DNA of 64,000 nt from Minisyncoccota bacterium. GTDB lineage: Bacteria > Patescibacteriota > Minisyncoccia > Phycocordibacterales > GWA1-40-21. The DNA lies in assembly GCA_041674925.1 (NCBI GenBank), contig JBAYUW010000004.1, positions 482 to 64,481 on the forward strand, in the 5' to 3' direction. Below the pieces are notes generated by a model, which was given only the letters and a program-made list of their open reading frames with translations, was not told the DNA's origin and searched no databases. A program made the translations under genes and the position numbers. Of this stretch, positions 27,123 through 34,538 are shown one piece after another. Positions within the stretch are counted from its first letter, which is position 1, and the number at the start of each line of letters is the position of its first letter.

Positions 27123-27151
27123 ATATTAGCAATAAGTCTGTTAAAAGTCAA
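27123..27151 (-). promoter_or_regulatory. promoter TTGACT-N17-TAATAT (cassette G)
   Basis: Minus strand TTGACTtttaacagacttattgcTAATAT. Confidence 0.55.
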
Positions 27152-27153
27152 AT

Positions 27154-28251
27154 CTAGAAAAATTTCAAGACATCACGATAGGTGATGATGAGCATTAAGG
27201 AAATGAGGATAAAGAAACCGACGGTGTTTAGGGTATTGGCGATTTGGGGTTTGATGGGACGACGGATAATGATTTCGATGATCGCAAAAAGCACTCGCCC
27301 ACCATCGAGCGCGGGAAATGGAATGAGATTTATGACGGCCAAGTTGAGCGAAATGAAGGCCACGAAGCCGAGGAAATAGGCCAGACCAAATGTCGCTGCA
27401 TCACCAACTAGACCGACGATGCCGACTGGGCCGGAAACTTGCGTGAAATCACCTTGTCCGCGGACGGCTTGAGCAATGAAGACGGCTAGGCCGACAGCGA
27501 CTTCTTTGGTCGTGGTGATTGTTAATTTTCCTCCTTCGTACAAAGCCAAAAAAGGATTCAGTTTCACCACGCCGACATTCTCCATATAAATACCAATGAC
27601 TTTTTTATTTTCCGCTGAGTTCATTTCAGCCTCAACAATAATATTTCTTATTTCACCAGACCTTTCATAACTTACGTCAATTTGATTATCAGCACTTTTT
27701 TCAATCAACTCCCGGATTTTAGTCGTATTCAAATCTTGATTGGTGACATTCTCCACGGTAATCAAGCGATCACCTTGCACCAGTCCCGCTTTTTCGGCCG
27801 GTGAATCTTTTAGAACGCCAGTTAAAACTACTTGGCTATCTTTAATATATTTAGAATATTGTCCGTCAGTCCCCTCGCCAACAGGCACTAAAGAACCAAA
27901 CATAAAAGAAATCGAGATGAGTAGCCAAGCGAAAATAATATTGAAAGCAATACCCGCGAGCAAAACCGAAATCTGTTTCCATTTTTTTGCTTTGACAAAA
28001 CTTCGAGCGCTGTCTGGGCCAGAAATAGATTCATCGTCAGGATTTTCACCAAAGATTTTGACATAGCCACCAAATGGAATTAGGTTTAAAACATATTTTG
28101 TTTCACCTCGAGTCCAACCAAAAATTTTAGGCGGAAAGCCGATCGCGAATTCATCGACACGAATACCAGATTTCTTGGCTACCAAAAAATGCCCCAGTTC
28201 ATGGACGAAAATCAAGACCGCTAGGACAACAAGAAATAAAATTATAGTCAT
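27154..28251 (-). CDS. rseP: RIP metalloprotease RseP (site-2 protease, M50)
   Basis: HELGHFLVAKKSG zinc motif, central PDZ-like segment, C-terminal NLIPFPALDGG. Confidence 0.85.
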   Translation of the reverse strand: MTIILFLVVLAVLIFVHELGHFLVAKKSGIRVDEFAIGFPPKIFGWTRGETKYVLNLIPFGGYVKIFGENPDDESISGPDSARSFVKAKKWKQISVLLAGIAFNIIFAWLLISISFMFGSLVPVGEGTDGQYSKYIKDSQVVLTGVLKDSPAEKAGLVQGDRLITVENVTNQDLNTTKIRELIEKSADNQIDVSYERSGEIRNIIVEAEMNSAENKKVIGIYMENVGVVKLNPFLALYEGGKLTITTTKEVAVGLAVFIAQAVRGQGDFTQVSGPVGIVGLVGDAATFGLAYFLGFVAFISLNLAVINLIPFPALDGGRVLFAIIEIIIRRPIKPQIANTLNTVGFFILISLMLIITYRDVLKFF

Positions 28252-28802
28252 TAGCTGGTAATTTCTTTTTCTTTCTTAGTAAAGATTTCTTCTAAGGATT
28301 TATTGCCCGCATCCACTAATTTCTGCATGTCATTTTTAAAGCGAAATCTTTCATCTTCGCTCATACCACCTTCTTTTTCTTTATTTTGAATATCCGCCCA
28401 AACTTCTTCGCGAATAGTGCGTAAAGTGATTTTACCTTGCTCTAATTTTTCTTTAGCCAGCTTCATCAGCATTTCTCGCCGTTCGCTGGTTAAATCTGGA
28501 AAGAAAACTCGAACACTTTTCTCATCAGTCTTTAATGAAACACCGAGATTCGCTACGGTAATCGCCTTTTCTACCGCTTTCACCTGTGATGCATCCCAAG
28601 GTGTGACAATCAATGATTTCGCATCGGCAATCGAAACTGAACCAATTTGGTTAATCGGCATTCTTTGACCATAGCTTTCCACCTGAATCGCATCCAAAAG
28701 CTGTGGCGAGGCCATCCCGGTCCTAATTCCCTGATACTCTTTTTTCATCCAATCCTCGGTCTCCTTAATTTTGCTCTTTAATTTTGTGAAGTCGTATTGC
28801 AT
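28251..28802 (-). CDS. frr: ribosome recycling factor
   Basis: 183 aa with typical Frr sequence GIRTGMASPQLLD..VESYG...LTSERREMLMKLAK. Confidence 0.9.
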   Translation of the reverse strand: MQYDFTKLKSKIKETEDWMKKEYQGIRTGMASPQLLDAIQVESYGQRMPINQIGSVSIADAKSLIVTPWDASQVKAVEKAITVANLGVSLKTDEKSVRVFFPDLTSERREMLMKLAKEKLEQGKITLRTIREEVWADIQNKEKEGGMSEDERFRFKNDMQKLVDAGNKSLEEIFTKKEKEITS

Positions 28803-28946
28803 ATGTTTTTAGTTATCCTGTTTATTAGCTTATTATATCAGTCATTACTCTAAAAAACAATTTGACTGAAATCATCTTTTATACTACCTTTATTTTGGAG
28901 TAGATGGAACATAACGTGTTAGAAAACAAAGACAAGGACAAAATCC

Positions 28947-29273
28947 ATGAATAAACTGTTGGATGCCCTCAGAGATCTCGTCATTCTGACTTGCCTCGTA
29001 GTTTTGGCCGTCAATGTGACAATAAGCAATATGACGGAGCGCAGGCAGACAAGCCAGGAAGTCATTGAGGTCATGAGCTGTATACATGACCAGACGATGT
29101 TCGAAAACGACGTCGTACAATTTCTGGTCCGACGTGAAAAAGGACTGGGAATTGTCTCTTTTGATCAAACAAATCCAGCGAATCAGGAATTCAACGCGAC
29201 CAATCCACCAGATTACTTGATTGAGACGATACTCGGTGACGGAACCAAATACTACAACGCACTCAATCTTTGA
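28947..29273 (+). CDS. hypothetical protein, 108 aa (cassette H; strand uncertain)
   Basis: MNKLLDALRDL.. preceded by AAGGA. A TTGACT lies at 28862 and a plus-strand terminator at 29375-29415. An antisense ORF 28890-29168 overlaps. Confidence 0.35.
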   Translation: MNKLLDALRDLVILTCLVVLAVNVTISNMTERRQTSQEVIEVMSCIHDQTMFENDVVQFLVRREKGLGIVSFDQTNPANQEFNATNPPDYLIETILGDGTKYYNALNL

Positions 29274-29290
29274 CTCAATCTGTCGACCGC

Positions 29291-29319
29291 TTGACTTTTT
29301 GTTTCAAAGATGATAAGCT
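29291..29319 (+). promoter_or_regulatory. promoter TTGACT-N17-TAAGCT
   Basis: TTGACTttttgtttcaaagatgaTAAGCT. Confidence 0.45.
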
Positions 29320-29325
29320 AGTTGT

Positions 29326-29415
29326 AGGTCAAGACACACTGTTCCCTGTTGCTGTTTCTGACTTCTGTCCCCTTGGAGCCATGATCTCACCTGAGATTCT
29401 CTGGCTCCTTTTTTT
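29326..29415 (+). ncRNA. candidate ~90-nt small RNA, convergent with holB
   Basis: Promoter at 29291-29319 and terminator GGAGCCA-tg-ATCTCA-cc-TGAGAT..TGGCTCC+TTTTTTT. Only a 13-codon ORF inside. Confidence 0.3.
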
Positions 29416-29416
29416 A

Positions 29417-30115
29417 TTATAAAGTCACCGCCAGATGATCCAAAATAACTTTGATCGAAGGTGATTCATCATTGGCATAGCTGATGGCTTTTTCAATATC
29501 CTCAATCGCCAAGAGACTGCCGCTGCGACTATTGTGTGCGTTTTTAGCTTTTAGACTTTCCTTGATCGTCTTTTCAATATCTTTCATAAAAGTAATCGCA
29601 TCATTTTTCGTCAATTTTTCATCTTTAATGTCCTTGACCATTTTTGCGACGGCTTCTAATCTTTTAGTTATTCCTAAAGATAAAAAATTCGACGCATTGT
29701 TTTTTAATTCAGCAGTTTCGTGACGGACAATAATCAAACGCGATTTCAATGTTGCAATAAGTCCAGTGACAGCAGGTAAAACCAAGAAAAAAGTTGTCTC
29801 GGCTTTTGGTTCTTCGAAGATTTTTAATAAAGAATTTTGCGCGTCTTTGGTAATAGAATTAGCAAATACAATAAAAACTTTTCGATTATATTTTATCGGT
29901 TGATTAATGTGAGCTTCTTGCAAGGCGCGACTATCGTCAATTTTAAAAACGTTAAATTCCTCGTGCCAAAAATCTGGATTGCCTTTGGTCTGAAACGCTA
30001 AATCTTTTTCCAAAAATTCAAAAATCGCCTCTTTGACCTTGGCGCGTTCCCCCAATACCCCATAGGCATGGTGCAAACGCCCAGTCCTTTTAAAGCTGTT
30101 TCGTATTTGTTGCAT
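29417..30115 (-). CDS. holB: DNA polymerase III delta-prime-like clamp-loader subunit
   Basis: 232 aa with HAYGVLG, VFIVFANSITKDAQNSLLKIFEEPKAETTFFLV (the LLK.LEEP motif). Confidence 0.7.
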   Translation of the reverse strand: MQQIRNSFKRTGRLHHAYGVLGERAKVKEAIFEFLEKDLAFQTKGNPDFWHEEFNVFKIDDSRALQEAHINQPIKYNRKVFIVFANSITKDAQNSLLKIFEEPKAETTFFLVLPAVTGLIATLKSRLIIVRHETAELKNNASNFLSLGITKRLEAVAKMVKDIKDEKLTKNDAITFMKDIEKTIKESLKAKNAHNSRSGSLLAIEDIEKAISYANDESPSIKVILDHLAVTL

Positions 30116-30123
30116 GACTACTT

Positions 30124-30132
30124 AGTATAGCA
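30124..30132 (-). promoter_or_regulatory. extended -10 box TGcTATACT, 8 nt before holB ATG
   Basis: Minus strand gtgTGcTATACTaagtagtcATG. Confidence 0.5.
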
Positions 30133-30138
30133 CACTTT

Positions 30139-30280
30139 CCACCACCTCCCCCTCGCGGACTCGGGTACTCCTCCTTAAACAAGGAGGAGATCCGGAGTGA
30201 CGTAACAGAGTGAAGTAAAGGATTATCTGGAATCCCCTCCTTGTTCAAGGAGGGGTGTCATTCTGATGACGGGGTGGTGG
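30139..30280. repeat. multi-hairpin palindromic element, copy 2
   Basis: Outer stem CCACCACC/GGTGGTGG encloses hairpins CTCCTCCTT/AAGGAGGAG, CCCCTCCTT/AAGGAGGGG and GTCAT/ATGAC. Confidence 0.6.
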
Positions 30281-30293
30281 AAGAATTAATTAA

Positions 30294-30338
30294 CAAAAGA
30301 GCCCGACCAGAAAGCATCAAGGCTCAATTGTCGGACTC
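30294..30338 (-). terminator. terminator of cassette I
   Basis: Minus strand GAGTCCGAC...GTCGGGCTC (9 bp, one G-U) followed by TTTTG. Confidence 0.55.
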
Positions 30339-30354
30339 GCGCTCACTACACGAC

Positions 30355-30576
30355 TCACTCGTGGCAGGTGTTGATATACGTCGCAATAGACAATAGATCA
30401 AAGTTGTCCTCGATCACGTCTTGCTTTACTGCCTCAAGTTGCACATGATTGATCGTCGCAGTGGGATTCACATACTCTGAAAGCCAACGAAAAAAATTGC
30501 AGAGACGAACTTCATCGCCCTCTTCAAACCCTTCGTACTGCCGAGAAAGTTCCAGCATGGCCTTTTGTGCATTCAC
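30355..30576 (-). CDS. small acidic protein, 73 aa (GC-rich cassette I)
   Basis: GTG start 4 nt after AGGAGGTGA. (M)NAQKAMLELSRQYEGFEEGDE.. No family recognised. Confidence 0.45.
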   Translation of the reverse strand: MNAQKAMLELSRQYEGFEEGDEVRLCNFFRWLSEYVNPTATINHVQLEAVKQDVIEDNFDLLSIATYINTCHE

Positions 30577-30616
30577 GGCTCACCTCCTATAAATTTAAAA
30601 CTCAACCTCAGATTAT

Positions 30617-30646
30617 ATTATATACATAAAATAGAGTGCATGTCAA
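30617..30646 (-). promoter_or_regulatory. promoter TTGACA-N18-TATAAT (cassette I)
   Basis: Minus strand TTGACAtgcactctattttatgtaTATAAT. It abuts the stop of mreB copy 2. Confidence 0.55.
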
Positions 30647-31660
30647 CTATCTCTTTGCAATAATAGATTTTTTGTAAACATCCAAATGCTCGAGCGCGAT
30701 ACCGGTGCCCTTGGCGACGCAATACATAGGATCTTTGGCCACACTGGCCTTGACGCCGGTACGGCGGAAAACGAGTTCAGCCAAATTTCGAAGTTGAGAT
30801 GAGCCACCGGTCATAATAATTCCTTGATCGATAATATCAGCGGCGAGCTCGGGTGGAGTTTCTTGCAAGACATCTTTGATTGCCTTGATCATGTCGCGTA
30901 ATTCTTTACTGATCGCTTTCACGATTTCATTGGTTTTGATTTCCGCGGTTCGAGGTAAACCAGACAAGAAATCTCGGCCTTTAATAGTCATGGTCAATTC
31001 TTCTTCCATCGGCACAGCTGAGCCGACATTGATTTTAATATCTTCGGCTGTCTTGTCACCGATCGCCAGGTTGAAAGTTTTTTTAATATAATCGGCAATG
31101 GCATAATCAATTTTATTTCCCGCGCATTTCACCGAGGTCGAGGAAACAATTCCACCCAAAGAAATCACCGCCACATCGGTCGTACCACCACCGATATCCA
31201 CCACCATATGCCCCATCGGTTCTTGAATCGGAATGCCGGCACCAATCGCGGCTAAAATCGGTTCCTTCACCACATAAGCATTTTTAGCTCCCGCTTTCAT
31301 GGCCGCTTCGATCACCGCACGTCTTTCAGTGGAAGTCACACCGGCTGGAACAGAGACCATTACTTCAGGTTTAAAAAGATTCCATTTACCGAGAGCTTTA
31401 TCAATAAAATATCGAAGCATGGCTTCGGTCACGCGATAATCAGCAATCACACCGTCCTTCATTGGACGATATGCAATAATACTGTCAGGAGTTTTTCCAA
31501 GCATTTTTTTGGCTTCCACTCCAACGGCCAAGATTTTATTATCTTGTTCAGAAACCGCAACGACAGAAGGTTCAAATAACACCACACCTTTACCTGGCAA
31601 AAAGACTAGCGTATTCGCTGTTCCCAAGTCGATTCCTAGTTTTTTCGCGAAGAATGCCAT
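30647..31660 (-). CDS. mreB: MreB/Mbl actin-like protein (copy 2)
   Basis: Start set at MAFFAKKLGIDLGTANTLVF; the track ORF extends 38 codons further upstream. VDIGGGTTDVAV, IIMTGGSSQLRNL. Confidence 0.85.
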   Translation of the reverse strand: MAFFAKKLGIDLGTANTLVFLPGKGVVLFEPSVVAVSEQDNKILAVGVEAKKMLGKTPDSIIAYRPMKDGVIADYRVTEAMLRYFIDKALGKWNLFKPEVMVSVPAGVTSTERRAVIEAAMKAGAKNAYVVKEPILAAIGAGIPIQEPMGHMVVDIGGGTTDVAVISLGGIVSSTSVKCAGNKIDYAIADYIKKTFNLAIGDKTAEDIKINVGSAVPMEEELTMTIKGRDFLSGLPRTAEIKTNEIVKAISKELRDMIKAIKDVLQETPPELAADIIDQGIIMTGGSSQLRNLAELVFRRTGVKASVAKDPMYCVAKGTGIALEHLDVYKKSIIAKR

Positions 31661-31764
31661 AGATATATTCAATATAGCACTTCTGGAGAGTTTTACAATC
31701 CTTGCTTTTAAACACCAAAAGGTGTTAAATAATCTAGGGTTTGGTCTTAATAAAGGAGGATACC

Positions 31765-32025
31765 GTGAACACAAAGAAGGCTAACATCACTTGTTCGAGG
31801 ATTGCTCACACCCTTTGTGATTTATCACCGAACACCACGGCGATAATGGATGCCGTAAGGATTGCGGAAAATGGAAAGGACGGTCGCTACTGCATACCCG
31901 AACCTTACGTCAAGCGAATCACAATTACAGTGGAGGTGGAGATTTATGACCCTCTCAATTCTGCAAATTTTCGAGGTCATCCGAATCGGATCACTCGACG
32001 GGCCAGCAAGACCCGAACGATCTGA
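31765..32025 (+). CDS. small protein, 86 aa (cassette J)
   Basis: GTG 4 nt after AAAGGAGGA. (M)NTKKANITCSRIAHTLCDL.. with a basic C-terminus. Confidence 0.45.
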   Translation: MNTKKANITCSRIAHTLCDLSPNTTAIMDAVRIAENGKDGRYCIPEPYVKRITITVEVEIYDPLNSANFRGHPNRITRRASKTRTI

Positions 32026-32048
32026 CTCACTCGAATGAAAGTACTTTG

Positions 32049-32084
32049 TCCGGGGTTGCGCAACGCGCGACCTCGGCTTTTTTT
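32049..32084 (+). terminator. rho-independent terminator
   Basis: CCGGGGTTGCGCaacGCGCGACCTCGG stem followed by CTTTTTTT. Confidence 0.7.
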
Positions 32085-32155
32085 GACACATAAATATATT
32101 TATAGTAGATTTATGCACAGAATTGGTCTTGAACGATAAACGCAAGGGGTTAGAA

Positions 32156-32503
32156 ATGAACACATCGTATGACTTGTTTCATTTTGTTCTGAAACACTGG
32201 GTGTTTTTCTTGGGAGTAAGTTGCTATGCGGCCGTTTGGATAATCGAATATTTCAATAAGAACACCTACGTTCGACACGGGTTCGATATGCCACGACACA
32301 CTTACCAATTAGATACGGTCTGTATCGTTGTGCTCGCTAGCCTGTTTCTGGCTATCCTGACCAAACTGGTCAGCACAGGAACTCCTTTCGGGAGTAGCCT
32401 GATTGTGGAAATGATCACTATCTGGATTAAGTTCTGGGTCAGTATCATGATTTCAATGATCGTGGTCAGCATCATTTACGATCAGCTTATTAGTCCGACG
32501 TAG
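32156..32503 (+). CDS. four-TM membrane protein, 115 aa (cassette K)
   Basis: MNTSYDLFHFVLKHWVFFLGV.. after AAGGGG. TTGACA at 32083. Confidence 0.5.
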   Translation: MNTSYDLFHFVLKHWVFFLGVSCYAAVWIIEYFNKNTYVRHGFDMPRHTYQLDTVCIVVLASLFLAILTKLVSTGTPFGSSLIVEMITIWIKFWVSIMISMIVVSIIYDQLISPT

Positions 32504-32522
32504 CTGACCAAGGGATCAGCAA

Positions 32523-32553
32523 GTCGCCTCGATATCGGGGCGGCTTTTCTTTT
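32523..32553 (+). terminator. rho-independent terminator
   Basis: GTCGCCTCGatatCGGGGCGGC (two G-U pairs) followed by TTTTCTTTT. Confidence 0.65.
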
Positions 32554-32651
32554 ATCGCACTATAGATATTTTTTACAATATATTTGACAATCGAATAAAT
32601 TTACGTTAGTTTATTCATTGAATTGCTCGTTAACAATGAAAGGACTCAATC

Positions 32652-32933
32652 ATGAACACCCTATCTGAAATCTTTCAGCTCGCTATGACCCACCCGGCGA
32701 TATCTTTAGGTGTGGCGTTTACTGTGGTAACTTACGTTATTATGACCATCGAGAATTGGAGCAACAGAAAACAAACTGAGGCGTACTCGATTGTTTTGTG
32801 TTTGTTTTGTCTGGTTATAGTTGGTATTCTGTGTCATGGATCCTTAAGTCAACTCATTAACTTCTTGGCTGGATTACTTACATCCTTCGCTATTATAGGC
32901 ATAGTATTGGGTATTTTCGGTTGGACTAGATAA
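32652..32933 (+). CDS. three-TM membrane protein, 93 aa (cassette L)
   Basis: MNTLSEIFQLAMTHPAISLGVAF.. TTGACA at ~32585. Confidence 0.5.
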   Translation: MNTLSEIFQLAMTHPAISLGVAFTVVTYVIMTIENWSNRKQTEAYSIVLCLFCLVIVGILCHGSLSQLINFLAGLLTSFAIIGIVLGIFGWTR

Positions 32934-32948
32934 ACCAGTCTTCGGTGG

Positions 32949-32976
32949 CCGCCCTCACATAGGGCGACTTTTCTTT
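32949..32976 (+). terminator. rho-independent terminator
   Basis: CGCCCTcacatAGGGCG followed by ACTTTTCTTTT. The flank is identical to that at 32544-32560. Confidence 0.6.
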
Positions 32977-33025
32977 TATCGCACATATGCTATACTGATA
33001 CTTATATTAATTTAATCAATTATTT

Positions 33026-34531
33026 ATGTCACACACCCTATCAAACATCGGTCACTTAGTAAAAGAATTGCGCGAACGAAGAGGTATTACACAAAGTGAA
33101 TTTGCGGAAAAATTAAAGACGACACAGAGTGCGGTGGCACGAATTGAGAGTGGTGAACAGAATTTAACCACAGAAATGATTTCTAAAATTAGTGAAGCGT
33201 TGGGACGAAGCTTGGTGACAGTTGGAGCTGGAGCGATGAATTTTGAGGTCGAGGGAGGTCATAGATTGTCAGGAAAAGTTACAACTAAAACCTCAAAAAA
33301 TGGTGCCATGGGTGTAATTTGTGCTTCCCTACTTAATCAAGCAAAAACTACGATCAAAAATGTTCCGAAAATTGAGGAGGTTTATCGCATGATTGAAGTT
33401 CTACAGAGCATTAACGTCTCCGTAAAATGGAGTGGTAATGATTTAGAAATTGATCCAGGTAAAGTGAATCTTAAAAATTTGAATAAAGAAAGTGCCGAGA
33501 AAACTCGCAGTGTGATTATGCTGATTGGTCCGCTGATCCACTTTTTAAAAAAATTTTCTCTACCCCAAAGTGGCGGTTGTAAACTTGGGGCCAGAACAGT
33601 CACACCACATTTCTATGCTTTAGAAAATTTCGGCGTCAATATCAAAACGACTTCTAAGACCTATGATATTACAGCTGAGAATTTAAAACCGGCCGAATTT
33701 GCCTTATATGAAAGTGGTGACACTGTGACTGAAAATACGATTATGGCCGCCGCTTTAATTCCTAGAAAAACAGTCATCAAGTTTGCTTCAGCAAATTACA
33801 TGGTACAAGATGTCTGCTTCTTTTTGGAAAAATGTGGCGTCAAGATTGAAGGTGTTGGTACAACCACCCTCACGGTTCATGGAGTAGAAAAAATCAATAC
33901 CCCAATCACCTATTTTCTTGCCGAAGACCCGATCGATGCCATGTTTTTTATTGCCAGCGCTGTCGTTACAAATTCCTCAATGACAATTGACAGATGTCCG
34001 ATGGATTTTCTAGAAATTGAAATGTTGAAATTGGAGAAAATGGGCTTGAAGTTTAAAAAATCAAAAGCATATAAATCTCTTAATGGTCAGACAAATCTAG
34101 TTGATATAAAAATATTTCCTTCAAAGTTAACAGCCTTGGAAGAAAAAATCGAATGTCGTCCATATCCTGGTTTAAACATGGACAATCTCCCCTTCTTTGC
34201 GATTATTGCAACCCAAGCTGAAGGCACAACTTTGATTCACGATTGGCCTTATGAAAAAAGAGCAATTCATATTAAGGATATAGATAAATTAGGTGCCGAG
34301 ACCAATCTCGCTGACCCACATCGACTATTTGTTATTGGTAAAACTCAACTAAGACCAGCTGAAGTGATTTGCCCTCCCGCCTTGCGACCAGCGGCGATAC
34401 TTCTAATTGGTATGCTCTCAGCTAAAGGCAAGTCAATTTTAAGAAATGTGTATAGCATCAATCGCGGTTATGAAGAAATCGCCGAGCGATTAAACAGCTT
34501 GGGAGCGAAGATAAAAATCTTGCGAGATTAG
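33026..34531 (+). CDS. murA: UDP-N-acetylglucosamine 1-carboxyvinyltransferase fused to an N-terminal XRE-type HTH domain
   Basis: aa 1-66 LRERRGITQSEFAEKLKTTQSAVARIESGEQN is an XRE-type HTH. The rest is MurA/EPSP fold with GGCKLGARTV (active-site Cys loop). Confidence 0.8.
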   Translation: MSHTLSNIGHLVKELRERRGITQSEFAEKLKTTQSAVARIESGEQNLTTEMISKISEALGRSLVTVGAGAMNFEVEGGHRLSGKVTTKTSKNGAMGVICASLLNQAKTTIKNVPKIEEVYRMIEVLQSINVSVKWSGNDLEIDPGKVNLKNLNKESAEKTRSVIMLIGPLIHFLKKFSLPQSGGCKLGARTVTPHFYALENFGVNIKTTSKTYDITAENLKPAEFALYESGDTVTENTIMAAALIPRKTVIKFASANYMVQDVCFFLEKCGVKIEGVGTTTLTVHGVEKINTPITYFLAEDPIDAMFFIASAVVTNSSMTIDRCPMDFLEIEMLKLEKMGLKFKKSKAYKSLNGQTNLVDIKIFPSKLTALEEKIECRPYPGLNMDNLPFFAIIATQAEGTTLIHDWPYEKRAIHIKDIDKLGAETNLADPHRLFVIGKTQLRPAEVICPPALRPAAILLIGMLSAKGKSILRNVYSINRGYEEIAERLNSLGAKIKILRD

Positions 34532-34538
34532 GATTTTT

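Noticed and set aside
28890-29168. Minus-strand 92-aa ORF with an upstream FGS-like stretch, as a nucleotidyltransferase gene
   Set aside because: It has only a TTG start and no DxD motif, SD or promoter. Plus-strand signals fit better. It is kept only as an ambiguity in the findings.
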